Assembly (NCBI RefSeq): GCF_009914755.1
Contig: NC_060942.1
Direction: 5' to 3' (one strand)
From: the human T2T-CHM13v2.0 reference genome, Homo sapiens
DNA: 64,000 nt
Shown: piece by piece, positions 34,013 through 48,000 of the stretch
Layout: the number at the start of each line of letters is the position of its first letter
Position numbering within the stretch: position 1 is the stretch's first letter
Position numbers and translations under genes: made by a program
The notes under the pieces: generated by a model
What the model was told of the DNA's origin: nothing
The model's input: the letters and a program-made list of their open reading frames with translations, nothing else
Database searches by the model: none

Positions 34013-35737
34013 AAATCGGTGTATCTTCCTAATTATATATTTGTGATGAATTCCCAGAAATTAGAATTGAAATTACTAGTTCAAACAAAATCCACATTTG
34101 ACGCTTTTTGATCTGGGTCGCCAAAGGGCCAGTAGAAAGGATTTTAGAGTGGATACAGCTTGGGTGGATGAAAGCTACGGCCAGCGTTAAATGTGTTGGA
34201 TTAATATCCAATATATCCTAAGAGGTCCTTGTCTCTTAATGGGAGAGAAAATGATATCTCACTCTTCATTTGTAGAAAGGTGGACTTTTTTCTATTTTCT
34301 AGTAACAATTTGTATTTCTTTACAGGAAAATTTGCAGCTATGCAGCCTGCCTTTTTTTTTTGGCTGGAATGTTCATTTTATTACAGATTTGTAGGAGCTA
34401 TTTGTTAAGAATATCAGACTTCTGTCAAGTATGCTACAAATGGCATTCTGAGTTTATAGTTCTCCTTTTATTTTTTGACACATAGTGTTAAACAATTTTA
34501 TGTAGTAAACTCTATTAGGGTTTTTCTATGTATTTTGACCCTTAGGATGAGCTTATAAAGGTCTTCCTCATTCAAAATATTATGTATTTTTTATTTCTTC
34601 TTGAAATTTATGGCATCAAATTTTAAGTTAAAATTCATCTGAAATTTATTTTGATATTTGGCATGATTTTTATGCATAGAAAAGTACACAGGTAATATAA
34701 ATATATTGTTAAAAGAATAATAATAAAACAAACACTCATGTTCTCACCAGCCAGCCTCAGAAATAGAACATAATAATTCATCTGTATATCTTCATGCTAT
34801 GACATTCCCTTGATTTTTATTAGAGTTTTTCAAATGCATATGAATTCCTAGGCAATATATTGGCTCTTCCCCTTTTGTCCCTTTCTATTAGAATCATATA
34901 GTTATTATGTTTTTGTGATGAGTTTTATTTTGTGTTCAGTATTGGTTTCCTAGATCATCCATGTTAATGCATGTAGTTTGTTTTCATTGATAGTTAGTGG
35001 TCCATGTTTTATTTGTTTATTAAATAATATCAACTTTTACTTTAGATTCAGAGGGTACATATGCAGGTTTGTCACATGAGAATATTCTGTGACACTGAGG
35101 TTTGGGGTATGAAAGTTCTCATCACCCAAGTAGTAAGCATCCTACCCAATAGGCAGTTTTTCAGCCCTTGTCCCTCCTGCCTCTCTTCCCACCCAATAGT
35201 CCCCCGTGTCTATTGTTCCCATCTTTGTGTCCATGTTTAGCCAGAGTTTGGCTCCCACTTCTAAGTGAGAACATGTGTTGTTTGGTTTTCTGTTCCTGTG
35301 TTGCTTCACTTAGGATAATGGTCTCCCGCTGCATCCATGTTGCTGCAAAGGACATGATTTTGTTCTTTTATATGGCTTTTTATTCCATGGTGTATATGTA
35401 CCACATTTTCCTTATGCAATCCACCATTGATGGGCACCTTGGTTAGTTCCATATCTTTGCTATTGCGAATAGTGCTGCAGTGAACACACGAGTGTATGCA
35501 TCTTTTTGGTGAAATAATTTATTTTTCTTTGGGCATATACACAGTAATGGGATTGCTGGGTCTAATGGTAGTTCTGTTTTAAGTTCTTTTAAAAATCTCC
35601 ACATTGATTTCCACAGTAGCTAAACTAGTTTGCATTCCCACCAGCAGTGTATATGCCTTCCCTTTTCTCTGTAGCCTCGCCAGCATCTGTTATTTTTAGA
35701 CTTTTTAATAATAGCCATTCTGACTGGTATGAGATAG

Positions 35738-36155
<418 letters not shown>

Positions 36156-36857
36156 TTTTGCCCACTTTTTAATGGAATTATTTGTTTTATGCTTGTTGAA
36201 TTGTTTTAAGTTCCTTATAGATTCTGGATGTTAGACCTTTGTTAGATGCATAGTTTGTGAATATTTTCTCCCCTTCTGTAGGTTGTCTGTTTACTCTGTT
36301 GATAGTTTCTTTAGCTGTGCAGAAGCTCTTTAATTTAGTTAGGTCCTACTTGTCAATTTTTGTTTCTGTTGCAACAGCTTTGGAGGATTTGGTCATAAAT
36401 TCTTTGCCAAGCCAGATATCAAGAAGTGTATTTCCTAGATTTTCTTCTATGATTTTTATACTTTGAGGTCTTACATTTAAATCTTTAAGCCATGTTGAGT
36501 TAATTTTTGTATATGGTGAAAGGGAGGGGTACAGTTTCTTCTTCTGTATATGGCTAGCTGGTTATCCCAGCACCATTTATTGAACAGTAAGTCCATTTCC
36601 CATTGCTTATTTTTGTCAAGTTTGTCAAAGATCAGATGGTTGTGGGTGTGTGGCTTTTTGTTTGGGTTCTTTATTCTGCTCCATTGGTCTATGTGTCTGT
36701 TTTTGTACAAGTACCATGCTGTTTTGGTTACAATAGCCTTATAGTATGTTTTGAAGTTGGGTGATGTGATGCCTCCAGCTTTGTTCTTTTTGCTTAGGAT
36801 TGCTTTGGCTATTTGCACTCCTTTTTGGTTCCATATGAATTTTAGAATTTTTTTTCT

Positions 36858-38802
36858 TTTTTTTTTTTTTTTTTTTTTATTGATCATTCTTGGGTGTTTT
36901 TCATAGAGGGGGATTTGGCAGGGTCATAGGACAATAGTGGAGGGAAGGTCAGCAGATAAACAAGTGAACAAAGGTCTCTGGTTTTCCTAGGCAGAGGACC
37001 CTGCGGCCTTCCGCAGCGTTTGTGTCCCTGGGTACTTGAGATTAGGGAGTGGTGATGACTCTTAAGGAGCATGCTGCCTTCAAGCATCTGTTTAACAAAG
37101 CACATCTTGCACCGCCCTTAATCCATTTAACTCTGAGTGGACACAGCACATGTTTCAGAGAGCACAGGGTTGGGGGTAAGGTCACAGATCAACAGGATCC
37201 CAAGGCAGAAGAATTTTTCTTAGTACAGAACAAAATGAAAAGTCTCCCATGTCTACTTCTTTCTACACAGACGCGGCAACCATCCGATTTCTCAATCTTT
37301 TCCCCACCTTTCCCCCCTTTCTATTCCACAAAGCCGCCATTGTCATCCTGGCCCGTTCTCAATGAGCTGATGGGCACACCTCCCAGACGGGGTGGTGGCC
37401 GGGCAGAGGGGCTCCTCACTTCCCAGTAGGGGCGGCCGGGCAGAGGCACCCCTCACCTCCCGGATGAGGCGGCTGGCCAGGCGGGGGGCTGACCCCCCCA
37501 CCTCCCTCCCGGACGGGGCGGCTGGCCGGACAGAGGCGCCCCTCACCTCCTGGATGGGGCAGCTGGCCGGGTGGGTGGCTGACCCCCCCACCTCCCTCCC
37601 GGACGGGGCGGCTGGCTGGGTGGGGGGCTGACCCCCCCACCTCCCTCCAGGACGGGGTGGCTGGCCGGGGGGGGGGACTGACCCCCCAACCTCCCTCCCG
37701 GACGGGGCGACTGGCCGGGCAGAGGGGCTCCTCACTTCCCAGTAGGGGCGGCCGGGCAGAGGCGCCCCTCACCTCCCGGACGGGGCGGCTGGCCGGGCGG
37801 GGGGCTGACGCCCCCACCTCCCTCCCAGACGGGGCAGCTGGCCTGGCGGGGGGCTGACCCCCCCCAACTCCCTCCCGGACGGGGTGGCTGCCGGGCGGAG
37901 ACTCTCCTCACTTCCCAGACGGGGTGGCTGCCGGGCGGAGCGGCTCCTCACTTCTCAGACGGGGCGGCTGCCGGGCGGAGGGTCTCCTCACTTCTCAGAC
38001 GGGGCAGCCGGGCAGAGACGCTCCTCACCTCCCAGACGGGGTGGCGGCCGGGCAGAGGCGCTCCTCACATCCCAGACAGGGCGGCGGGGCAGAGGCGCTC
38101 CCCACATCCCAGACGATGGGCGGCCGGGCAGAGACGCTCCTCACTTCCTAGATGTGATGGCGGCTGGGAAGAGGCGCTCCTCACTTCCCAGATGGGATGG
38201 CGGCTGGGCGGAGACGCTCCTCACTTTCCAGACTGGGCAGCCAGGCAGAGGGGCTCCTCACATCCCAGACGATGGGCGGCCAGGCAGAGACGCTCCTCAC
38301 TTCCCAGATGCGGTGGTGGCCGGGCAGAGGCTGCAATCTCGGCACTTCGGGAGGCCAAGGCAGGCGGCTGGGAGGTGGAGGTTGTAGCGAGCCGAGATCA
38401 CGCCACTGCACTCCAGCCTGGGCGCCATTGAGCACTGAGTGAACCAGACTCCGTCTGCAATCCCGGCACCTCGGGAGGCCGAGGCTGGCGGATCACTCGT
38501 GGTTAGGAGCTGGAGACCAGCCCGGCCAACACAGCGAAACCCCGTCTCCACCAAAAAAATACGAAAACCAGTCAGGCGTGGCGGCGCGTGCCTGCAATTG
38601 CAGGCACTCAGCAGGCTGAGGCAGGAGAATCAGGCAGGGAGGTTGCAGTGAGCCGAGATGGCAGCAGTATAGTCCAGCTTCGGCTTGGCATGAGAGGGAG
38701 ACCGTGGAAAGAGAGGGAGAGGGAGACCATGGGGAGAGGGAGACCATGGGGAGAAGGAGAGGGAGAGGGAGAGCAAGACCTATGGTTCTTACAGAACTCA
38801 GC
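36858..38802 (-). mobile_element. Full-length SVA retrotransposon
   Basis: Poly(A), SINE-R (about 36880-37370), GC-rich VNTR (about 37370-38330), Alu-like region (about 38330-38700) and short CCCTCT-type hexamers (to 38773). Perfect 14-bp TSD agaattttttttct at 36844-36857 and 38803-38816. Confidence 0.96.
37370..38330. repeat. SVA VNTR, GC/CpG-rich ~35-50 bp units
   Basis: Repeats such as cctccctcccggacggggcggctggccggg and gctcctcacttcccagacg. Confidence 0.93.
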
Positions 38803-40454
38803 AGAATTTTTTTTCTAATTCTGTGGAAAATGATGTTGGTAGTTTGATAGAAAGAGCATTTCATCTGTAGATTGCTTTGGGCAGTATGGTCATTTTAACA
38901 ATATTGATCCTTCCAATCCATGCACATGGAAAGCTTTTTCATTTGTTTGAATCATCTATTTATTTCAGCAGGGTTTTGTGTCCAGGCTTTAAATATACCA
39001 AAATCTATCTGTTCTCTTGTTAATGGTTATTGGAATTGTTTCTGGCACTTTACTCTTATGGAAATAGTTCACATGTATTTGTTCTATGCCTTGGATAAGA
39101 ATTAATGAAACATAGTGTATGTACATATCTAGCTGTACTATGTATGAGAGAGAAACAGTTGATATTCCCATTAACGGGGAATGGCAATTTTCATTATCCC
39201 ACATCTGAGCCAAAATTTTATTGTCATTATTGTTTGCCAAACTGTGAATTGTGAGATAGTATTTCATTGTTGTTTTGATTTATGTTTCACTTATTACTAA
39301 TGAGGTTGAACATCTTTTTAAATGTTCATTGGACATGCATATTTCATCTTCATAAAATGCCTATTAGGTTTTTTTTGCTATCTTTATTTTTTAAAAAATT
39401 TTAATTTGTGAAAGTTCTTTATGCTGGTTGCACGTATCATCTCCCACTTTGTAGCTTTTCTTTTTCTTCTTTTTAAGATGGCTTTTGAACAGGAGTTACT
39501 GAGTTTAATGTAATCATATTAATTAATCTTTTCCTTTATGATGTTTACTTTATATGACTTTTTAATGTTTGTATTCCCTTGTTATCATAAGAACATTCTG
39601 CTATGTATGCTTCTAAAGATTTCATAGTTTTTGTCCTTCACCTTCAATCTTTAATTTATGTGGCATTCATATTTATGCATTATGAGAGGTAAGATATATT
39701 CATGTTTGAAAATATTGAAATCCAATTGTTTAAAAGGTAACTGTTTGTTGAGAAATCAGCTCTTTCCCCAGGATTACTATCTTGCATTTCCATAGGAGAC
39801 TGTGTCTGTTCCTGGCCCCTCTGCTCTGCTCCACTGGTCTCTATTTCTTGGTCCCTGTACAATCCACATTGGAGGATTACTATATCAGTGGAATCAACTT
39901 CTGCTTCCCTTACCTTTTTTATCTTGGAAAGGAAGTCCTCTATTTGTCCTTTTTCTTATGCTGGATTCACATTATGAGCTAGGCAGTGCCTGCTAGAATT
40001 TATTACATAGCACGACATATGAAGTTTTAAGTTCCCATATCCCCAAATGTGAGATGGCATATGAAGGGGTGGGAAGATGCTGCAGTAGATCCAGTATTTG
40101 AAAAGTTTGCTCCCAGATGGCTCCTTTTAGCCACTCTGAAAATAGAATATGTCAGAGATGAATAGGTTGCAGAAACCAGGGCCAGAATGTGCACCGCCTC
40201 TTTCAGCTGAATTAACACCTCTGTGCGACGTGGCTTTGGGTTTGAACCCTTCTCTGTGGTTTGATTATTCGATTCTGATTCTTGACATACATTGTGAGTG
40301 ACCATTTCAGGAATATTAACTCCAGCTGTTACCCTAACAATGCAGGGCAGTAGGCTGTGACCGTGTCTCCCATGAGGGGTATGCATGGGCCGGGGTTTTA
40401 TTAGACTTTGCAAAAAATGTAGGAAAACTTTAATGAACTCAAGAAAACAACATT

Positions 40455-40858
40455 TTTATTAGACTTTAGTTTTTAGAGCAGTTGTAGGTTCAGCACAAAA
40501 TTGTGTGGAATGTAGAGAGATTTTCCTTATACTCCCTAACCCCAGATATGCACGCCTCCCCCACTATCAACATCCCCTACCAGAGAGGTACATTGTTACA
40601 ATTGATAAGCCTACGTTGACACATCATTATCACCCAGAGTCACCTTAGTGCACATTCAGCTTCACTCTTGATGCTGTACATTCTGTGGATTGGACAAATG
40701 TATAAAGTGTTGTCTACCATTTTAACAGCATACAGAGTAGTTTCACTGCACTAAAAATCCTTTGCGCTCCACTTAGTCATCCCTTCCTTCCATCTATCCC
40801 TTGGCAACCACTGATCTTGTTACTCTTTCGATAGTTTCACCTTTTTCGGAATGTCTTA
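40455..40858 (-). mobile_element. L1MC1-like 3' end
   Basis: ttttagagcagttgtaggttc..ctatcaacatcccc..gacacatcattatcaccca matches the recalled L1MC1 3'UTR. Confidence 0.75.
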
Positions 40859-40860
40859 CA

Positions 40861-41258
40861 CAGGCATATCTCAGAGACACTGTGAGTTCAGTTCCAGACC
40901 ACTGCAATAAAGCAAATATTGCAATACAGTGGGTCACAACAATTTTTTGGTTTCCGAGTCCATATAAAAGTTATGTTTGCACTGTACTGTAGCCTATTAA
41001 GGGTGCTACAGCATTATGTCTAAAAATATATATACCTTAATTTAAACATACTTTATTGCTAAAAAAATACTAATGATCATCAGAGCCTTAATCGAGTCTG
41101 GTTTATTTTGCTGGTGAAGGGTCTTGCCTCAGTGTTGATGGCTACTGATTGATCAGGGTGGTGGTTGCTGAAGGCTGAGGTGGCTGTGGCATTTCTGACA
41201 AAAAGACAATGAAGTTTGCCACATCAATTGACTCCTCCCTTCATGAAAGATTTCTCGA
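40861..41258 (-). mobile_element. Tigger1 terminal fragment
   Basis: caggcatatctcagagacactgtgagttcagttccagaccactgcaataaagc is a Tigger1 terminus; the other end is missing. Confidence 0.85.
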
Positions 41259-43390
41259 TGACTGGACACATAAATGGGTTTTCTTCACCTCCTTAGGATG
41301 AATCTCAGGCAATAAGAAGTCTATCTTGGTCTTTATTCTTCTCCATCTTGTTTTTCATTCTTTTTTCTGGCTGGTTCCCCTAGCCTTTCTTCTTTCCTGC
41401 CTCTGATGTTGTTCTCTCTCTCAAAGTTGAGTACTGTTCCAGTTGTGCCAGTGTGAATGTTCAGTTGCCCACCAGTGGAACACCTGCCCAGAATGAACCA
41501 TGGGTGAGGGCTGGCCACATTGCCAAAGGGAAGCTTAGAGCTCATGCTGGTGCTGATTTCTCCATCTGCTGCCTGTGGCCTTGCCGTGGTTCCCCAGGAA
41601 GCCAACATTTACACTCCATTGCTTCTCAAGATCTTTGCTAAACCTTTATTCATAGAAAACCTGAAAGTCAGTCAGCAGCTGGAATAGCATTTAGTCATTA
41701 CAGAATTGTGCCTAACCACATTTCAGAAATTATCCTTCAGAATTCAAAGATTTAAACTTGGTGACTCAATGGCAAATAAAGTAACTGAACCAAAGTTTGT
41801 TACCTTATAATTTAGTGCACAGTCCCCAGTCAGTATAGTATAATCTTCCAGGAGAGCTGAGAGCTTTTCCTGGTTGATCTTGAAGCCACATTTGATGTAT
41901 CTCTGTCACTTCAGACAGCAGTTCCTGCTTCCATCCATAAAAGCTCAGAAATTTGTGATCTCTGGCCCATTCAACAGAAGGAGAGGCATGCTTAGATTAG
42001 CTCCACACGTGCACAACAGCCAGATGTTTAGAAGAAGCAATCATATCCTCATATTCCGGACCAGAATGGAAAGCTCCTTTTACTTATTGCTGGCCTTGAG
42101 AGCCTCAAATAATGCCATTGCTGGCTATAGCTGCTACTTTTGGTCATACTGGTTGAACGTGTCTTCTTCTGTAAGGAAGTGACTACTAAGTGTTCCATAA
42201 AATTTATTTCACGGAGTAGTGCAAGATCTCCACTTTGCTCTTGCCGTAACGATCAAGTAATGAGAAGATAATCTGCCTAATTTACAAAGATTAATTCTAC
42301 TAAAGTTTTCTCAATAATTAAAGCCACAAAACTAAAACCAAACAAAAATTGAAAAATAAAACCATACTTCCATCATTATTCTGTTTATTTCTATATTTAA
42401 ACAATAAATCTTGTGACCAGAGCTCCTTTTTCAGCACATGCTATAATTTCAGTGTTTGTTGCCATAGTGATGGGCTGTCATGTCTGTTTATACTGTAAAG
42501 GAAACCATTGGATGCTGGTCTTTTACAACGTGGGAAGAAGTCTCCAGGCTCAAAAGATGCACATGTTACCCTACAAAAGTATATCCCATCTGTTCCAGGA
42601 AATACCTAATGTCTCTCAGTCACAGGTTTTATATACCAGTTTTATGGGCTTAATTTAATGTCAGCCTTCTACCAATAAATAGATCCACTTTTGTGTGCTG
42701 CCAGATTAGGTTGTTTTAAGTGTGTAAAACCGATCAATCCCATGATCAATTCCAAAAGTAAATGAACACCACCCTACAAGTCTTTTGGGGTCACATTCTA
42801 CTATGCCTGATAGGTTGTTGGTTGAGAGTATTTTTTCCTAACCTGAAACACACAACTGGAGTGATGGCCTTTGGAAAACAACCTTGTAATTGGGGGAAAT
42901 TTCAGAACTGCCTCAGATAATACATTCATGAAAAATAAAAGGCTGATTGTGCCTACTTTTACAACATTTAGGACATAAAAACTGGGGCAAATATCACAGC
43001 CAGAAAGTCCCCTGCCTGACAGTGGACAAGCTTTATTCATTACTCATTTCTGAATTACCACATTTACCAGGATATTTGTCTAATTGCATGATTGACAAAG
43101 AACTATATTTTGTAAACTTTTAATGGGTTTGATCCTATTCTACCAAAGTAAGAAGGCTATATTTGGAGATTAACCCTTGTGTGGGCTTCTGTTTTTCTGC
43201 TTTTCTTTTTATCACTTCTTTGGATATGGCCCTTCCTGTAGTTAGTAAGATGTTTACCATTGCGCACAGAACATAGTAACTTTTAACCATTAGTATTGTA
43301 ATTAAATCTTTGGGAAGATAAAAAAGATGGAATTCTGGAGATACAGTTCCAGACCTTGATTCAAGTACCGTAGACAATTTCTATGGATTC

Positions 43391-43726
43391 TACCTTAGTC
43401 CCTTTATGATGCTATCACAGAATACCTGAGACCAGTTAATTTATAAAGAACAAAAATTTGTTCCTCACCACTCTTGAGGATGGGAAGTCCAAAATCAAGA
43501 AGCCGGCATTTGATCTAGTGAGGGCCTTCTTGCTGCATCCTCACACAGTGGAAGGTGGCAGGGCAAGGCAGCCAAACACTGTGTGAAGCCTCTTGTATTA
43601 TGAGAGATTAAACCCCTTCACGAGGGAAGCGGCCCTCATACCTAATCACCTCTTAAAGGCCCTGCCACTCAATACTCTCACATTGGCAACACCTAAATTT
43701 TGGAGAGGGCACATCAAACCACAGCA
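43391..43726 (-). mobile_element. MaLR LTR, MSTC/MSTD-like
   Basis: cttagtcc..cagaatacctgagac..ctaatcacctcttaaaggcc..caaaccacagca. Confidence 0.8.
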
Positions 43727-44019
43727 CTACCTTCAGATGAAGGCTGTGTGGTGTGTGTTGCTTTCTGTCCCCTACTGGCATTCAGAATTCCCTTTCCCTG
43801 TGCACAGAGATTACTGCCAGGGGCTTGTTTGGAAATTCCTAAGAATACTGATGTCCACGCCTGCATTTAAAGCACGTGCAGGCATCACCAATCACCCTCA
43901 ACTCCTATTGCTCTCCCATGAATTCACAATTGCTTCTGTTTTCAACTGCAGAGTTTTATGTATAATTAATATGCATGCTGAAGAGTTTAGTTCTAATGAT
44001 CTAGGAAAGAGTATCATCA

Positions 44020-44371
<352 letters not shown>

Positions 44372-44751
44372 GACATAATCTCGTAAAGACTTTATATGGA
44401 ATAATGAGCATTGAACATAAATGTGATTAGGCACAACCAGGCAGCTTTACCTGACTGCACACCAGTGACTCTCACACTCGCGGGTGTGTTTCCCATTGTG
44501 GCTTATTAGTTTTCATTTCGGTGTACTTGTCTCTTATTTCTTTTCTTATACCTTAGACAAAGGTATACAAGTTTATTGCAGATACTTTGGAACTTACAAA
44601 AAATATATAAAGGAGAAAATTTTAAAAAATTATCTGCAGAGACAGCCATTATTAACATTTTGTTATTCTTTTCTTAGTCTTTTTTAAAGAAACAAACATA
44701 TGCTTGTGTGTATGTATATATGTTGTTTTTATAAAATTGTTACTTAGTTTT

Positions 44752-45061
<310 letters not shown>

Positions 45062-48000
45062 TCATCCATACAGTTTGTATTTTATCTATTCTTTTCAACT
45101 ACAACAATTTTATAAGAAGAATTTTTTTTAAAAAAATAACCAAAAGGTTCCCAGCATTGTCTCCACAATGGGTAGCCAGGTGCATCAAGGTGGGAGTGAC
45201 TCAGCTCTCAGCACCTCTATTTGGAAGTTGCAGAGGATCAACTTCATGGGTCATGGAGGCTGAGTTTATGTGGGAGAGTTTGAGAGGCATCAAAGGCCTT
45301 CCTGCCCCCAAATATCTTCCTTGAATAGTTACTGTGATTCGGGGTGTTCCTATTATCTTATTCCCCAATAAGCAGTGTGTCACAACTTACTTTTGCCCCT
45401 GTATTAGTGGCATGTGAAGTGCAGGGCAGGGAGGGTGTTGGAAGATGAATATGAGGTCCCACCAGAATGCCAGTCAGCTCACCACCCTATCCACAGAGAG
45501 GAGCTGACAGGACACGATGCCTTCTGCTCTTGACTAAATGTGGGAGGGAATAATAAAAATAGCAACTATGATCAAACCGCAGCCACTCAGTGAATGACTG
45601 CTCAGCCTGCCATGAGAGAAAAGGGGCAGCAAGTACCTGACCTGACCTTTCTTCCGTGAAGTGCTTCGGCTGCTCAGGGGAAATGTGCTCAAACGTGTTT
45701 TTGAAATGGGAGATGAGATGTATTGTTTGAAGACCCTGATAAGGCCAGTAAAGACACTGCTGTGATTTGAATGACACATCTCAGAGGTTTATATAGGACC
45801 TCAAACAGCATTTCACAGCTAAACAGTCATATTTATTGGTGAGGTTTAGATGCCACAATTTCTTAAGAAAGCTGAACTGAAGAGAGAAGGACCCTTTCCA
45901 TGTCTTGACTGTGCATAGCAAGATGATTTTTTCTCATGCCTTAGCAAAAAATAATTCTGCACTCTCAGTATATTTAAAAAGCACATACAGAAGCTTCTAT
46001 CTTCATATTTGGAATGTAGAGCCTTTGAGGATGAGATAGTCATGGAGTTATCATCTGAAAAACAAATTGCCTTCCGGTGAGAAATCTGAGATTTCTGGGT
46101 CCAAGTTTTATTGGAATGTCTACAACAATCTGACACAACCAGAGAGTACTTGATGCTATTTCTGATTATTTGTAGTTTGAATTAGGACTTTATAATTTAG
46201 CAGAAATCAAGAATGAGAAAGGAATCAATTGGGTTTGGAATCTGATCATTTACCTGGATATAAATGCCTTAGTGAACCATTACAATAACACCACTCATTT
46301 TGCTGAGATGAAATCATAATGAGTACTTTTTAAAATTTTTTGTGTCACTTAAAATTTCTGATCAACATATTTTAAATTTTACTCAAATCTGTGGTAAGCA
46401 CGTGTAACGGTGTCCATTATGTGGTCTACACCAACCAGAAAGCTTGCTGAGAGGAGGATATTGGACAGGGCTTCCTTGAGTGGAAGGGTAAGAAGAGAAA
46501 AGTGACCAACCTCAGGATTTTACCTAAATCAAAGTTAAGATTTTAATATGGTCACCCATGAAAGTCCCTGGCTGAAATCCGGCAAGTTGAAGTGAAGGAG
46601 GGGAACCAAGATGGTGAGCACAGGGCAGGGAGGGGAGAGTGGGGGTTTAAGTGACGGGAGGAAAAAAGACCATTCTGTCTAACAGTCACAGTAAAAGGAT
46701 AGGTTATTTAGTTCTAGTCTTCTACTTTTTCTTCTGAAATTTAAGGAAATACTAAGAAATGTCAAGTATTTTGGGAATAGCCATCTTGGATTTTACTATA
46801 TTCCTCATTATTTTAAACTTAAATCTTCTTGAACCTAGTAACTTAAATACATCTTCAGTTATCTCCGTCATCCTTGGGGTCCAAGTACACAGAAGGCAGG
46901 TGTTGGGGCATTTGCATCTCTAGACTTTTAAAGACGGTGATAGATGCCTGACCTTGTACAGAAGAGGAGCTTCCATGGTGGGGAGGGGGGGTGCGGTTTG
47001 TCTTGCCTTCTTACTAAGTGTTTGAATTTGTGTTTCCCATTTATTTCACTTTTATAAAGAATCTCAAAGGAACCCTAAGGTTTTCTTTATTATCGTGCAT
47101 ATGGCTTTCTAGCTCTGGCTCATCCTATAACATTTCCAAGAAGCCCTGAAAACTTGGGTGTGCAACCATGCTGCCCCCTCAACTGTAGGAACCACCGATC
47201 CCCTGGGTGTAGTACAGACTTCCTAATCTTTAGAGATATTTCTCTCCCTTCCTGCCTGTCTTCCTAAAACATTGGAGTACCTGCTGGGTGCCAAGAACCT
47301 GCTTGATGCTGAGGATAAAGTGGTTCACGGTATAAATTACTGCAGGACTGGGTGAAAAATGCTTTTCAAAAGCCATGAGGGGTATGAAACAAGTCCTTCA
47401 ATATATTTGTTAATGTTCGTATTACTTAAATTTACTCAATATGGAAATGGCAATCGTAGCCTAGTTTTAATTAATCCTTTCAGACATTTTCACAAGGTCA
47501 TCTCATTCCTCTCTTAATGATTCCAAAAATCTTGCATTGTATTAAGAAGCTGAAAACAGAAAAAAAGTATTTCTTGCAGTTTCATCTTTATTGAATTCTT
47601 ACAGGATAGCATGAGAATAAATGCGCCTCAAATATCATGTGGTTACAGATCAGGGTGGCCTGCTCCGTGTCCTTGGCTTCTTTCGCTTACATCAGCCTGG
47701 TCATCTCACCTTCCGAGTTCTGACTTAATATCAGAGAAAAGGAAGCTTTAGTGGGTATTCAGAATAATAACAGAATATGAACTCCTCAGCAAGCATGCTG
47801 ATAAGTACACCTTGCAACAAGTTACATTTTCACTGTTTCCTGCCTAAATTGTATGTCATGATAAAATTTGCATAACATTTTGCACTTTCTTAGAAATAAT
47901 TAATAAAAATTTACAATAATAAAAATCATAGAGATATGTTAAAATGCCACTTTTCTAACACAAAATACGGCTGTCATACAAAAATTAGAGAAGGAAAATA

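Noticed and set aside
37370-38330. Repeat array superficially like CRISPR
   Set aside because: No unique spacers and no cas genes; it is the SVA VNTR in eukaryotic DNA.
37049-38864. Many overlapping 60-167 aa Pro/Gly/Arg-rich ORFs
   Set aside because: By-product of the GC-rich SVA VNTR and Alu-like region, which has few stop codons.
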